Source: an uncultured Acidobacteriota bacterium
GTDB taxonomy: Bacteria; Acidobacteriota; Thermoanaerobaculia; Multivoradales; DATKCC01
Reading direction: 5' to 3'
Assembly: GCA_963741925.1 (NCBI GenBank)
Contig: CAVUJU010000005.1
Location: 2,369,447-2,433,446, forward strand
Length of the DNA: 64,000 bases
Under the pieces are notes generated by a model. It worked only from the letters and a program-made list of their open reading frames with translations, did not search any database and was not told the DNA's origin. Made by a program: the position numbers and the translations under genes. The stretch's first letter is position 1. Every line of letters starts with the position of its first letter. Shown here piece by piece: positions 27,692 through 36,994 of this stretch.

Positions 27692-28681
27692 ATGGCCGCC
27701 ATGGACTACGTGAACCTCGGAAAGACCGGGCTCAAGGTCTCGCGCCTGTGCCTGGGATGCATGAGCTTCGGCGATCCGGGCTGGCGCGAGTGGGTGTTGT
27801 CCGAGCCCGAGGCGCGGCCGTTCTTCGAGCGGGCCCTCGAGCACGGGATCAACTTCTTCGACACCGCGGACATGTACTCGCTCGGGGCGAGCGAGGAGGT
27901 GACCGGCCGGGCCCTCGGCGAGCTGGCGCGGCGCGACGAGGTGGTGATCGCCACCAAGGTCTTCTTCCCGGTGAAGAAACACCCCAACGGCGGCGGGCTC
28001 TCGCGCAAGCACATCCTGGATGCGATCGACGGCTCGCTGCGGCGCCTCGGGACGGAGTACGTGGACCTCTACCAGATCCACCGCTGGGACGACGAGACGC
28101 CCATCGACGAGACCCTGGAGGCGCTCCACGACATGGTGCGCGCGGGCAAGGCGCGCTACGTCGGCGCCTCGAGCATGTACGCCTGGCAGTTCGCGAGCGC
28201 CCTCTACCGCGCCGACCTCCACGGCTGGACCCGCTTCGTCTCGATGCAGAACCACTACAACCTGGTCTACCGCGAGGAGGAGCGGGAGATGATCCCGCTG
28301 TGCCGCGCCGAGGGCATCGGCGTGATCCCCTGGAGCCCGATCGCCCGGGGCCTGCTGGCCGGCAACCGGGGGCGCGACGACGAGGGACGGACGAAGCGCG
28401 CGAAGGAGGACGACTACTCGCACCGCATGTACACGCGCGAGAGCGACTTTCAGGTGGTCGACCGGACGGCGGAGGTGGCGGGGGAGCTGGGGGTGTCGCC
28501 GGCGCAGGTGGCGATTGCCTGGCTCCTCCACCGGCCCGGGGTCACGGCGCCGATCGTCGGGGCGACGAAGCTCGAGCACCTGGAGGAGGCGGTGGCGGCG
28601 GTGGGGGTCGAGCTCGGCGACGACCAGATGGCGCGGCTCGAGGAGCCGTACGTGCCGCACCCGGTGCTCGGGCACTCCTGA
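27692..28681 (+). CDS. aldo/keto reductase
   Basis: GINFFDTADMY...; AKR catalytic tetrad context. Confidence 0.85.
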   Translation: MAAMDYVNLGKTGLKVSRLCLGCMSFGDPGWREWVLSEPEARPFFERALEHGINFFDTADMYSLGASEEVTGRALGELARRDEVVIATKVFFPVKKHPNGGGLSRKHILDAIDGSLRRLGTEYVDLYQIHRWDDETPIDETLEALHDMVRAGKARYVGASSMYAWQFASALYRADLHGWTRFVSMQNHYNLVYREEEREMIPLCRAEGIGVIPWSPIARGLLAGNRGRDDEGRTKRAKEDDYSHRMYTRESDFQVVDRTAEVAGELGVSPAQVAIAWLLHRPGVTAPIVGATKLEHLEEAVAAVGVELGDDQMARLEEPYVPHPVLGHS

Positions 28682-28889
28682 AGTCGGCTGGAAGGTTTGG
28701 TGGGTAGCCACGCCCGCGGGGCGGGTGGCTTTCTCGGCGGCAAACTGCGCCGGCGAGAAACCACCGCGCCCCGCGGGCTGCCCCCTCGGCGGTCGAGGCG
28801 GGCCCTTCGCCGGGGGGTACCTCCCCGAGCTGGTGGGAGAGAAGGGGGGATCGGCGGGGTTGCCGGTTTCACCGGCGAGAGGCGTTCTC

Positions 28890-28965
28890 GGGCGGCGGCC
28901 CGGGCGGCCGAGCCACAGCTCGGCTGCTTCATAGGACTCGAACGCGTGAAGCGGCCGACCTCTGC
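28890..28965. repeat. solo REP-like double hairpin between convergent genes (possible terminator)
   Basis: GCCGAGC-CAC-AGCTCGGC and GGCCGAC-CTCTGC-GTCGGCC palindromes resembling the RAYT-flanking REPs. Confidence 0.6.
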
Positions 28966-29030
28966 GTCGGCCGACCGGGCCGGAGGCCCGGCCCCGCCGA
29001 GGTCTCGCAGCCGGGGCGGCAGCCGGGGCG

Positions 29031-29075
29031 GTGGCGTCCCCTGGGGGAGGGAAGGGGATCGAGGGGATGTGGGGA
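29031..29075. repeat. solitary unit of the G-tract repeat family
   Basis: GGGGAGGGAAGGGGATCGAGGGGATGTGGGG. Confidence 0.6.
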
Positions 29076-29083
29076 GATCCGCT

Positions 29084-30598
29084 CTACTGGCTCCTCGCGG
29101 TGCGGATCTCGAGGCCTCGCGTTCGCGGCTCGATCTGGAGGTGCGCCAGCTCGTCCTCGGAGAGCACCCGGTCGAGGGCGATGTCCAGGACGTACTGGTG
29201 GCGCAGCTCCTGGTCGATCTCGGCGTAGGCCCGCGCCAGGTCGTCCCGGCTCTGGATCCGGAGGAAGCGCCCACCGGTCTCCCGGGCGACGCTCGCCAGC
29301 CGCAGCGGCGGCTCGAAGTTCGTCCGCCCGGTCGCCAGGCCGCCGATGCCGAGGACGTAGACCGGCACGCCGGCCCGCCGCGCGTAGAGCGAGGCCTGGC
29401 CGGCGTCGAGGTGGCTGCTCGAGTCCTCGCCGTCGGTGAGCACCACCAGGGCCCGCCGGCCGACCTGGCGCTCGAGCGCGAGGGTGGCGAAGACGATCGA
29501 GTCCCAGAGCGCCGTCTCACCGCCGGCCTCCAGCTCGTCGAAGGCGGCCGCGAGGTCGGCGGGCTCGCCGGTGAGGTCGTGGACCAGCCGGGGCGCGGTG
29601 TCGACGTCGACCAGGAGGGCTCGGTCGCCGGGGATCAGGGTCGCTTCGAGGAACTGCTCCGCGGCGTCCTTCGTCTCGCCCAGTACCGGCGTCATGCTGA
29701 CCGAGGAGTCGACCAGCAGGCCGAGGACCAGGGGGACCTGGCGGGCCTTGCGGAAGCGTTCGATGGCGACCTCTCGGCCGCCCAGACGGACCGCGAAGTC
29801 TTCGGGCCCGAGACTCGCGACGGGGCGCCCGCGCCGGTCGGTCGCGACCGCGAAGAGCTCGACCAGGTTGACGTCCACGTGGCCGGCGGCGCCCTCGCCG
29901 AGCAGGGGGCGAGCGTCTTCGAGGCTGCTCCCGTCGGCGAGGTAGGCGACCGCCCGCAGGTAGTCCCCGGCTCCGGGGTCGGGGGTCGGCACCCGGGCCC
30001 GGAAGGGCGGCCGGTCGAGGCGGGCGACCCGCTCCTGGTTGCGGAAGAGCTCGACGTGGTCGAGGGTCTCGCCCGGAGGCAGGGCGACCGCCATCTCGAC
30101 CTCCACCGCGCCCGTTGCGGGCCGCCCGCTCACCCGTTCGATGGTGACGCCGGAGGCGCTCTGCCGCGGGTCGAGGGTGAGGGAGTCCTCGCCGAGCCGC
30201 CGGCCGTCGGCGCCGTAAGCGACCGCCTGGAGCGTCCGCGGTGCGTCGCCCCCGGGCAGATCGAGGCGCACCGAGAAGGGCCAGTAGCCGTCGGCCGCCG
30301 CCTCGCGCCCGTCGACGAAGAACACCACCCGGTCGATGTCGGAGGAGGTCGAGACGGTGTCGATCCGGACCCGCCCCGCGACCCGCGGCGGGGGAACGAG
30401 GAGGAGCGGCGGGCCGGCGGGAGCGCCGACCGGATCGCGGCTCCGGTCGGCGGCGGCGCCCGGCCGAGCCGCCGGCGCCTGGGCGCGGCTCTCGCGAGGC
30501 CAGGGCCCGAGGGCGGCCAGAAGCGCCAGTGCCAGGACGGCCGCGAAAGCCGGCGACCGCCGCCGGACGAACCGGGCGTCGATCGGCGTCGAGCGCAT
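29084..30598 (-). CDS. secreted von Willebrand factor A (VWA) domain protein
   Basis: signal peptide; VLGLLVDSSVSM...TALWDSI (MIDAS DxSxS...T...D). Confidence 0.75.
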   Translation of the reverse strand: MRSTPIDARFVRRRSPAFAAVLALALLAALGPWPRESRAQAPAARPGAAADRSRDPVGAPAGPPLLLVPPPRVAGRVRIDTVSTSSDIDRVVFFVDGREAAADGYWPFSVRLDLPGGDAPRTLQAVAYGADGRRLGEDSLTLDPRQSASGVTIERVSGRPATGAVEVEMAVALPPGETLDHVELFRNQERVARLDRPPFRARVPTPDPGAGDYLRAVAYLADGSSLEDARPLLGEGAAGHVDVNLVELFAVATDRRGRPVASLGPEDFAVRLGGREVAIERFRKARQVPLVLGLLVDSSVSMTPVLGETKDAAEQFLEATLIPGDRALLVDVDTAPRLVHDLTGEPADLAAAFDELEAGGETALWDSIVFATLALERQVGRRALVVLTDGEDSSSHLDAGQASLYARRAGVPVYVLGIGGLATGRTNFEPPLRLASVARETGGRFLRIQSRDDLARAYAEIDQELRHQYVLDIALDRVLSEDELAHLQIEPRTRGLEIRTARSQ

Positions 30599-30639
30599 GA
30601 TGCTGGTGAGAGTCTACCCGATGCCTGGACTCCCCTGCC

Positions 30640-30895
30640 GAAGCGGTGGTAGGGGGCGTCCCCTTCCCCCCCGGTGGGGAGGGAAGGGAATGGACGGGAT
30701 GTGGGGGGGATGCGGGGGGCATCCGGTCAATCGTCCCCTTCCCCCCCCGTGGGGAGGGAAGGGAATGGACGGGATGTGGGGGGGATGCGGGGGGCATCCG
30801 GTCAATCGTCCCCTTCCCCCCCCCCGCTGGGGTGGGAAGGGAATGGACGGGATGTGGGGGGGGGGATGCGGGAGGCATCCGGAAGACCGGCGGGT
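30640..30895. repeat. G-tract tandem repeat array B (~3.5 units of ~75 bp) in a divergent promoter region
   Basis: unit GTCCCCTTCCCCCCCCGTGGGGAGGGAAGGGAATGGACGGGATGTGGGGGGGATGCGGGGGGCATCCGGTCAATC. Confidence 0.9.
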
Positions 30896-30910
30896 AACAT
30901 CGTCGCCGTC

Positions 30911-31702
30911 ATGGAGCTCCGCCGCCTCGCCTGGACCGTCGTCACCTCGGAGAGCCTCGCCGAGAAGCTGGCGTCCCCGGAGGTGCCGCCGGCCGAGCTC
31001 ACCGACCGCGAGCCCGGGCCGGCGCTGCGCCTCGCGGCCCCGGGGCGGCCGCCGGGGCTCGAGATCCAGCCCGTCGCCCGCGCCCGCGTGCCGTCGATCG
31101 GCGGCATGGCCGACCCGGCGCAGCGCGCCCGGATCCTCCACGCCCTGGCCAACCACGAGCTCCAGGCGGCCGAGCTCTTCGCCTGGGCGCTCCTCGCCTT
31201 CCCCGGAGCCCCGCCGGCCTTCCGGCGCGGCCTGGCGGGCATCCTCCTCGACGAGCAGCGCCACACCCGCATGTACCTCGCCCGGCTGGAGGCCCTGGGC
31301 GAGCGCTTCGGCGCCCATCCGGTCAGCGGTTACTTCTGGAACAAGGTGGAGGCGATCGACTCGCCGGCCGCCTTCGTCGCCGCGATGTCCCTGACCTTCG
31401 AGAACGCCAACCTGGACCACACGGTGGACTACGCCGCCGCCGCCCGGGCGGCCGGCGACGGGGCGACGGCGGCGGTCATCGACCGCGTGCACCGCGACGA
31501 GGTGGAGCACGTGCGCTTCGGCTGGATCTGGCTCGAGCGGCTCAAGCCTCCGGACCAGTCGATGTGGGACGCGTTTCGCGCCCAGCTCACCTGGCCCCTG
31601 CGCCCGGCGAAGGCGCGCGGGGCGACCTTTCATCGCGCGGGGCGGGAGGCCGCCGGGCTCGACCCTGAGTTCATCCGCCGCCTCGAGGAGAGCGAGCCGT
31701 GA
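30911..31702 (+). CDS. ferritin-like DUF455 family protein
   Basis: HALANHELQAAELFAWALLAFP...DEQRHTRMYLARLEALG...GYFWNK. Confidence 0.7.
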   Translation: MELRRLAWTVVTSESLAEKLASPEVPPAELTDREPGPALRLAAPGRPPGLEIQPVARARVPSIGGMADPAQRARILHALANHELQAAELFAWALLAFPGAPPAFRRGLAGILLDEQRHTRMYLARLEALGERFGAHPVSGYFWNKVEAIDSPAAFVAAMSLTFENANLDHTVDYAAAARAAGDGATAAVIDRVHRDEVEHVRFGWIWLERLKPPDQSMWDAFRAQLTWPLRPAKARGATFHRAGREAAGLDPEFIRRLEESEP

Positions 31703-32770
31703 GCCCCAAAGCCGATGGGGGCGCCGATGAGAGCGCCGGCGAGCCGCGCCTGATCGTCGCCAACCTGGGCTGGGAGGAGGAGCTCGCAGGGGGTACCCGG
31801 CCGGGCGAACGAGCCCTGTCGAGGCGGGCGCGATCGGTGGTGGGTTCTGCCGCCGGCTGGCTCCGTCTGCTCGCCCGCGACGGCGACCGCCTCTGGGTAC
31901 CGGACGCCGCAGAGGCCGTCGACGTCGAGCCGCCGGGGGGCCGTCGGCTCGTCCTGCCGCGGGTGCGGCTGGAGCGTGGGGCCGCGGCCGGAATCGCGCC
32001 CGCGACGGAGGTGCTGGCCTGGGGGGAGAGCCCGGCCGTGGCGGCGCTCCGGCGGGGCTCACGGCCTTCCGGGGGAGCCTTCGCAAGCCACGGGTCGCTC
32101 CACCAGGCCCTCTGGTCGCTGGCTCCGGCGCCGCCGGAGGTCGCCGCCGCCTGCCACCATCGCGCCTTCGCCCTGGCGGCGGTCGAGGCGCTCCAGGAGG
32201 CGCGGCCCCGCGAGGAGGGGTGGGCGCTGCCCGGCGCGCGGATGGTCGCTTCCGTCGGCGAGCTCGAGCGGCACCTGGCGGCGGGCGGTGCGGCGGCGGG
32301 CGGCGGGCGCTGGGTGCTGAAATCGCCGTGGTCGGCGGCCGGCCGCGGGCGGCACCTGGGCACGGGGCCGGGCGACCTTCGCGAGCCGGCGAGCCGGCGC
32401 CACGTCGAGCGACTCCTGGAGCGCCACGGATCGCTCCTCTTCGAGCCGTGGGTGGACCGGCTGGCCGACTTCGGCGCCGCCGCCCTGGTGACGCCGGAGG
32501 GCCTCCGGCGGGTCGGCGTCCACGGCCAGGAGGTCGACGGTCGCGGGGTCTTCGCGGCGATCCAGCTCGCTCCGGAGCTCGCCGCCGACGAGCGCCGGCG
32601 CCTGGAGGCGGCCGTCGAGTCGGTGGGGGAGCGCCTGAGGGCCGCCGGCTACGTGGGGCCCTTCGGCGTCGACGCGTACCGCTTCCGGACGCCGGACGGC
32701 CGGCTCGTCTTCCGCCCCCTTTCAGAGGTCAACGCCCGGATGACCTTCGGGCTCCTCGCGCACGTCTTGA
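31699..32770 (+). CDS. hypothetical protein, possibly ATP-grasp-like; 3' end runs into repeat array C, so the true stop is uncertain
   Basis: GC3-biased ORF; GTG start overlaps the DUF455 TGA. Confidence 0.5.
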
Positions 32771-33730
32771 CCGGATGCCCCCCGCATCCCCTCGATCCCC
32801 TTCCCTCCCCACGGGGGGGAAGGGGACGGTTGACCGGATGCCCCCCGCATCCCCTCGATCCCCTTCCCTCCCCACGGGGGGGGGGAAGGGGACGGTTGAC
32901 TGGATGCCCCCCGCATCCCCTCGATCCCCTTCCCTCCCCACGGGGGGGAAGGGGACGGTTGACTGGATGCCCCCCGCATCCCCTCGATCCCCTTCCCTCC
33001 CCACGGGGGGGGAAGGGGACGGTTGACTGGATGCCCCCCGCATCCCCTCGATCCCCTTCCCTCCCCACGGGGGGGGGAAGGGGACGGTTGACTGGATGCC
33101 CCCCGCATCCCCTCGATCCCCTTCCCTCCCCACGGGGGGGAAGGGGACGGTTGACTGGATGCCCCCCGCATCCCCTCGATCCCCTTCCCTCCCCACGGGG
33201 GGGAAGGGGACGGTTGACCGGATGCCCCCCGCATCCCCTCGATCCCCTTCCCTCCCCACGGGGGGGAAGGGGACGGTTGACTGGATGCCCCCCGCATCCC
33301 CTCGATCCCCTTCCCTCCCCACGGGGGGGGGAAGGGGACGGTTGACTGGATGCCCCCCGCATCCCCTCGATCCCCTTCCCTCCCCACGGGGGGGGGAAGG
33401 GGACGGTTGACCGGATGCCCCCCGCATCCCCTCGATCCCCTTCCCTCCCCACGGGGGGGGGAAGGGGACGGTTGACTGGATGCCCCCCGCATCCCCTCGA
33501 TCCCCTTCCCTCCCCACGGGGGGGAAGGGGACGGTTGACTGGATGCCCCCCGCATCCCCTCGATCCCCTTCCCTCCCCACGGGGGGGAAGGGGACGGTTG
33601 ACTGGATGCCCCCCGCATCCCCTCGATCCCCTTCCCTCCCCACGGGGGGGAAGGGGACGGTTGACCGGATGCCCCCCGCATCCCCTCGATCCCCTTCCCT
33701 CCCCACGGGGGGGGGAAGGGGACGCCCCCT
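32760..33730. repeat. C-tract/G-tract tandem repeat array C (~15 units, 62-66 bp; G-run length varies 7-10)
   Basis: unit CCGGATGCCCCCCGCATCCCCTCGATCCCCTTCCCTCCCCACGGGGGGGAAGGGGACGGTTGA is the reverse complement of the array A/B unit; no unique spacers. Confidence 0.95.
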
Positions 33731-33768
33731 CCCGCTCTCTCGGCTCCCCGCGAAACTCGGCTCGTTCG

Positions 33769-35346
33769 TCACGATTCTGGCCGAATCAGACTCCTCGCGT
33801 AGAACTTCGCCAGGTCCTCCTTGAGCTGCTTGCGCGCCTCCGGGTGGATGTAGATCATGTGGCCGGACGGGTAGTAGCCCCACGTGAGGTTCTTCTCGAG
33901 CGAGGGGTCGAGGCCCATGTGCGAGACCGTGTACTCGGTCTCGAAGAAGGGCGTCGCGAAGTCGAAGTAGCCGTTGGCGAAGAAGACCTCGAGCCCCGGG
34001 TTCGCCGACATCGCCTGGCGCAGATCCTCCGCGACGTCGGGCAACGGGGCACCGCGACCGAACCGCCCGCCGCCGTGATGGTCGTCCCAGTCGCGCCCGA
34101 CCTCCGGGTAGTTCGTCGGCTTGTAGAGGTCGTCGCTCTCGTACCCCAGCTCGCCGGTCGAGTACGCGTTCCAGGACGCGACGAACGCCGCCGCGAAGGC
34201 GGCCTCCGAGGCGTCCGACTCCGGGCGCTCGCCGGCCGCGTCGTGATCGATGCCGAGATACCGCGCGTCGAGCCGCCCCACGGTGCGCCGCTCGCCCCGC
34301 AACAGCTCCTTCTGGAAGCGCCCCGGAGCGATGCGCAGGTTCGCCTCGCGCAGGAAGTCCTCGGGCATCGCCGTGTAGCGGTGGAGCTTCGCCACGACCG
34401 CGTTGCGCTCCGCCTCGCCGAGGTGGCTTCCCTTGGCGAGCGCCGCGGCGTAGTCGCCGGAAGCGAACTCGCGCACCTCGTCCAGGAAGGCGTCGAGGTC
34501 GGCGGGCTTCGGATCGATCCGGTCGTGGTACCAGGCCGTCGCGGCCATCGTCGGAAGGTAGAGCTCGTACGGCAGGTCGTTCGAGAAGGGCGGCCCGGCG
34601 AAGTCGTGGTAGGGGTTCAGGTACGAGGAGATCATGACCGCGCCGTTGAACGCCATCCCCTGGTCCTGGAGCCAGGCGAGGAGCCCGGCATTGCGGGTCG
34701 TTCCGTACGACTCGCCGAGGAGGAACTTCGGCGAGTTCCAGCGCCGGTTCTCGCCCACCCAGCGCTCGATGAACTGCCCGAACGCCGCGATGTCCGCGTC
34801 GGTACCGTAGAAGTCCTTCGGCTTGCCTTTGCCGACGATCCGGGAGTAGCCCGTACCCATCGCGTCGATGAAGACGAGATCGGTCACGTCGAGCAGGCTT
34901 TCCGGATTCGGCTCGATCTCGTAAGGAGGCGGGGGCGTCGGCTCGGCGTCCGAGGCGTCGACCCGCACCGGCCCGAACGATCCCATCTCGAGCCACATCG
35001 TCGAGGAGCCCGGGCCGCCGTTGTAGCAAAACGTCACGGGCCGCTTCGTCGCGTCGGTGATCCCGTCTTGGGTGTAGGCGACATAGAACATCCGCCCGAT
35101 CGTCTCGTCCTTGTCGTTCGTGAGATCGATCGTCGCGGCTGTCGCCGTGTACGGGATCGTCCGTGCGCCGAGAGAGATCTTGTGGTGCGTCACCGCGGCC
35201 GCGGGCGCCGGCTCGACTTTCTCCGCCTTCGGTTTCTCCATCTCGCCGGCCTTGCCCATCGGCGGTTCCGCGGCCAGGGCGATCGCCGCGCTGAAAAGAC
35301 CCGCAGAGAGACCACAGCCGATGACGAACCTCGCAAACTGTTTCAT
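33769..35346 (-). CDS. secreted serine carboxypeptidase, peptidase S10 family
   Basis: signal peptide; GESYGT catalytic serine motif. Confidence 0.85.
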   Translation of the reverse strand: MKQFARFVIGCGLSAGLFSAAIALAAEPPMGKAGEMEKPKAEKVEPAPAAAVTHHKISLGARTIPYTATAATIDLTNDKDETIGRMFYVAYTQDGITDATKRPVTFCYNGGPGSSTMWLEMGSFGPVRVDASDAEPTPPPPYEIEPNPESLLDVTDLVFIDAMGTGYSRIVGKGKPKDFYGTDADIAAFGQFIERWVGENRRWNSPKFLLGESYGTTRNAGLLAWLQDQGMAFNGAVMISSYLNPYHDFAGPPFSNDLPYELYLPTMAATAWYHDRIDPKPADLDAFLDEVREFASGDYAAALAKGSHLGEAERNAVVAKLHRYTAMPEDFLREANLRIAPGRFQKELLRGERRTVGRLDARYLGIDHDAAGERPESDASEAAFAAAFVASWNAYSTGELGYESDDLYKPTNYPEVGRDWDDHHGGGRFGRGAPLPDVAEDLRQAMSANPGLEVFFANGYFDFATPFFETEYTVSHMGLDPSLEKNLTWGYYPSGHMIYIHPEARKQLKEDLAKFYARSLIRPES

Positions 35347-35458
35347 GACTCTCCAATCTCCTGAGATGGGGGATCGTGTCGTGCGACCGGTCCCGCCAGG
35401 TCATGGTGGTTCGATCTCAGGGCGCGACGCCGAGACTCGGTCGCGCCCTCGCCGGCCG

Positions 35459-36868
35459 CTACGGGCTCGGCCGGCCCGAGCCCGCGGGCCGAGGCGAGAG
35501 GGCCGGGGACCGGTCTTCGCCCGCGATGTCCGGGTCGCCCAGGTGCTCGGCCTTCCAGCGCATGGCCATCTCGATCCGGGCCCGGCCGCTCGGGTGGTCG
35601 TAGAAGAGCCACTCCTCGAGCCGGCCGGGCTCGAGCTTGCGGTAGTCGGCGAGCTTCAGGGCGACGGTCGCGAAGCCGTCGGGCTCGCGGGCCGCGTTCA
35701 GGCCGAAGATGTCCGCCTCCTGCTCGTTCGAGCGGATGACGGTGTTGATCACCGGCGTCAGCACGAAGAAGTAGATCGAGACCAGGACCACGACCAGCGG
35801 CAGGCCCGCCACGTCGCCGATCCCCCGGATTCCCCAGCGCGCCCCCCAGCGCCGCCGGGCGCGCTCGAAGCCCCAGCGCAGGAAGGCCAGCGCCCCCACC
35901 AGGATCACGCCGAGCTCGACCAGCATCTCGTAGATGTGGTGGAGCACGTAGTGCCCCAGCTCGTGGCCCATGACCGCCTTGATCTCGGGTAGCGTGCAGC
36001 GCTTCAAGAGGTTGTCGTTGAGGCGCACCCGCATGGTGCCGGCGAAGCCGCTGACGTTGGCGGAGATCCGGTTGCTCTGACGCGAGGCGTCGAACTCGTA
36101 GACCTCCTTGGCCGGCACGCCGTTGGCCCGGGCCATGGAGAGGATCGGGTCGCGCACCCGGGGGTCCTCGAGCGGCTTGTAGGTGTTGAACAGCGGATCG
36201 AGGTAGACCGGCGAGATCAGGATGACGACGGTGAGGAAGACGAGGCCGACGGCGCTGCCCCAGATCCACCAGGTGCGGGGCGCCCGCCGGATCACGGCGT
36301 AGAGCGCCACGAGGAGCGCCGTGCCCAGGATCAGCCCGACCCCGAGACCCACCGCCTGGTCCCGCAACCAGCCCGCGAAGCCCTGGGTGGCGAGGCCGTA
36401 GCGGTGCTCCCGGAAGAAGCCCTGGTAGACGGCCAGCGGGAAGGTGAGGGCCGTCGTCAACAGGATGTAGCCGAGGCTGTAGAGGGCGGTCTGGACGGGC
36501 CGGAGCCGCGTGATCCGCTCGGTGCTGTCGCGCAAGCGGGCCGAGAGGCCGGTCCCGAGGAGGAGCCAGGCGACCCCGAGGCCGTAGAGGAAGCCCCAGA
36601 GCTGCAGCCAGTAGCCGCCCTCGAAGTAGGCGTCGGAGCGGGCCTTCTTCTCGGGCGAGAGCGTGTCGAGGTAGGCGCGGGTCGCGGCCTCGGGATCGAA
36701 CTCGCCGACCGGGCGGGCGGCCGCGGGCGGGACCCGGAGGGCGCCGGCCCCGGCCTCGGGGTGGGCGCCGGCGGCGGCGTCACCGCCCTGGGCGAGGGCG
36801 GGTACGGGCGCGAGGGCGGGGACGGCCAGCAGCAGAACGACGGCGAGGACCGGGATTCGGGCACGCAT
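35459..36868 (-). CDS. M48-family zinc metalloprotease (Ste24/HtpX-like)
   Basis: HELGHYVLHH (HExxH), multiple TM segments. Confidence 0.85.
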   Translation of the reverse strand: MRARIPVLAVVLLLAVPALAPVPALAQGGDAAAGAHPEAGAGALRVPPAAARPVGEFDPEAATRAYLDTLSPEKKARSDAYFEGGYWLQLWGFLYGLGVAWLLLGTGLSARLRDSTERITRLRPVQTALYSLGYILLTTALTFPLAVYQGFFREHRYGLATQGFAGWLRDQAVGLGVGLILGTALLVALYAVIRRAPRTWWIWGSAVGLVFLTVVILISPVYLDPLFNTYKPLEDPRVRDPILSMARANGVPAKEVYEFDASRQSNRISANVSGFAGTMRVRLNDNLLKRCTLPEIKAVMGHELGHYVLHHIYEMLVELGVILVGALAFLRWGFERARRRWGARWGIRGIGDVAGLPLVVVLVSIYFFVLTPVINTVIRSNEQEADIFGLNAAREPDGFATVALKLADYRKLEPGRLEEWLFYDHPSGRARIEMAMRWKAEHLGDPDIAGEDRSPALSPRPAGSGRPSP

Positions 36869-36994
36869 CGGGACCTCCGGAAGAGATTGAGTGTCGCGGC
36901 ATCCTACTCGCTGTACGTGGGCGCGACGGGAGAGTTGCCGGCCGGCCGTCGAAGGCTTCGGGGGAACGCGTCCCGAGGCGAGGGGGGCGGCTCG

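Noticed and set aside
32760-33730. Possible CRISPR array, given regular ~63-bp periodicity
   Set aside because: Units are identical head-to-tail copies with no unique spacers. They vary only in G-run length. No cas genes are present in the window.
32722-35404. Long ORFs through the repeat arrays (e.g. 891-aa and 319-aa ORFs with PPASPRSPSLPTGG / GKGIEGMRGAS repeats) as repetitive proteins
   Set aside because: They are open in all six frames. Unit length is variable and not a multiple of 3, so the frame cannot be maintained. This is a composition artefact of GC-rich repeats.
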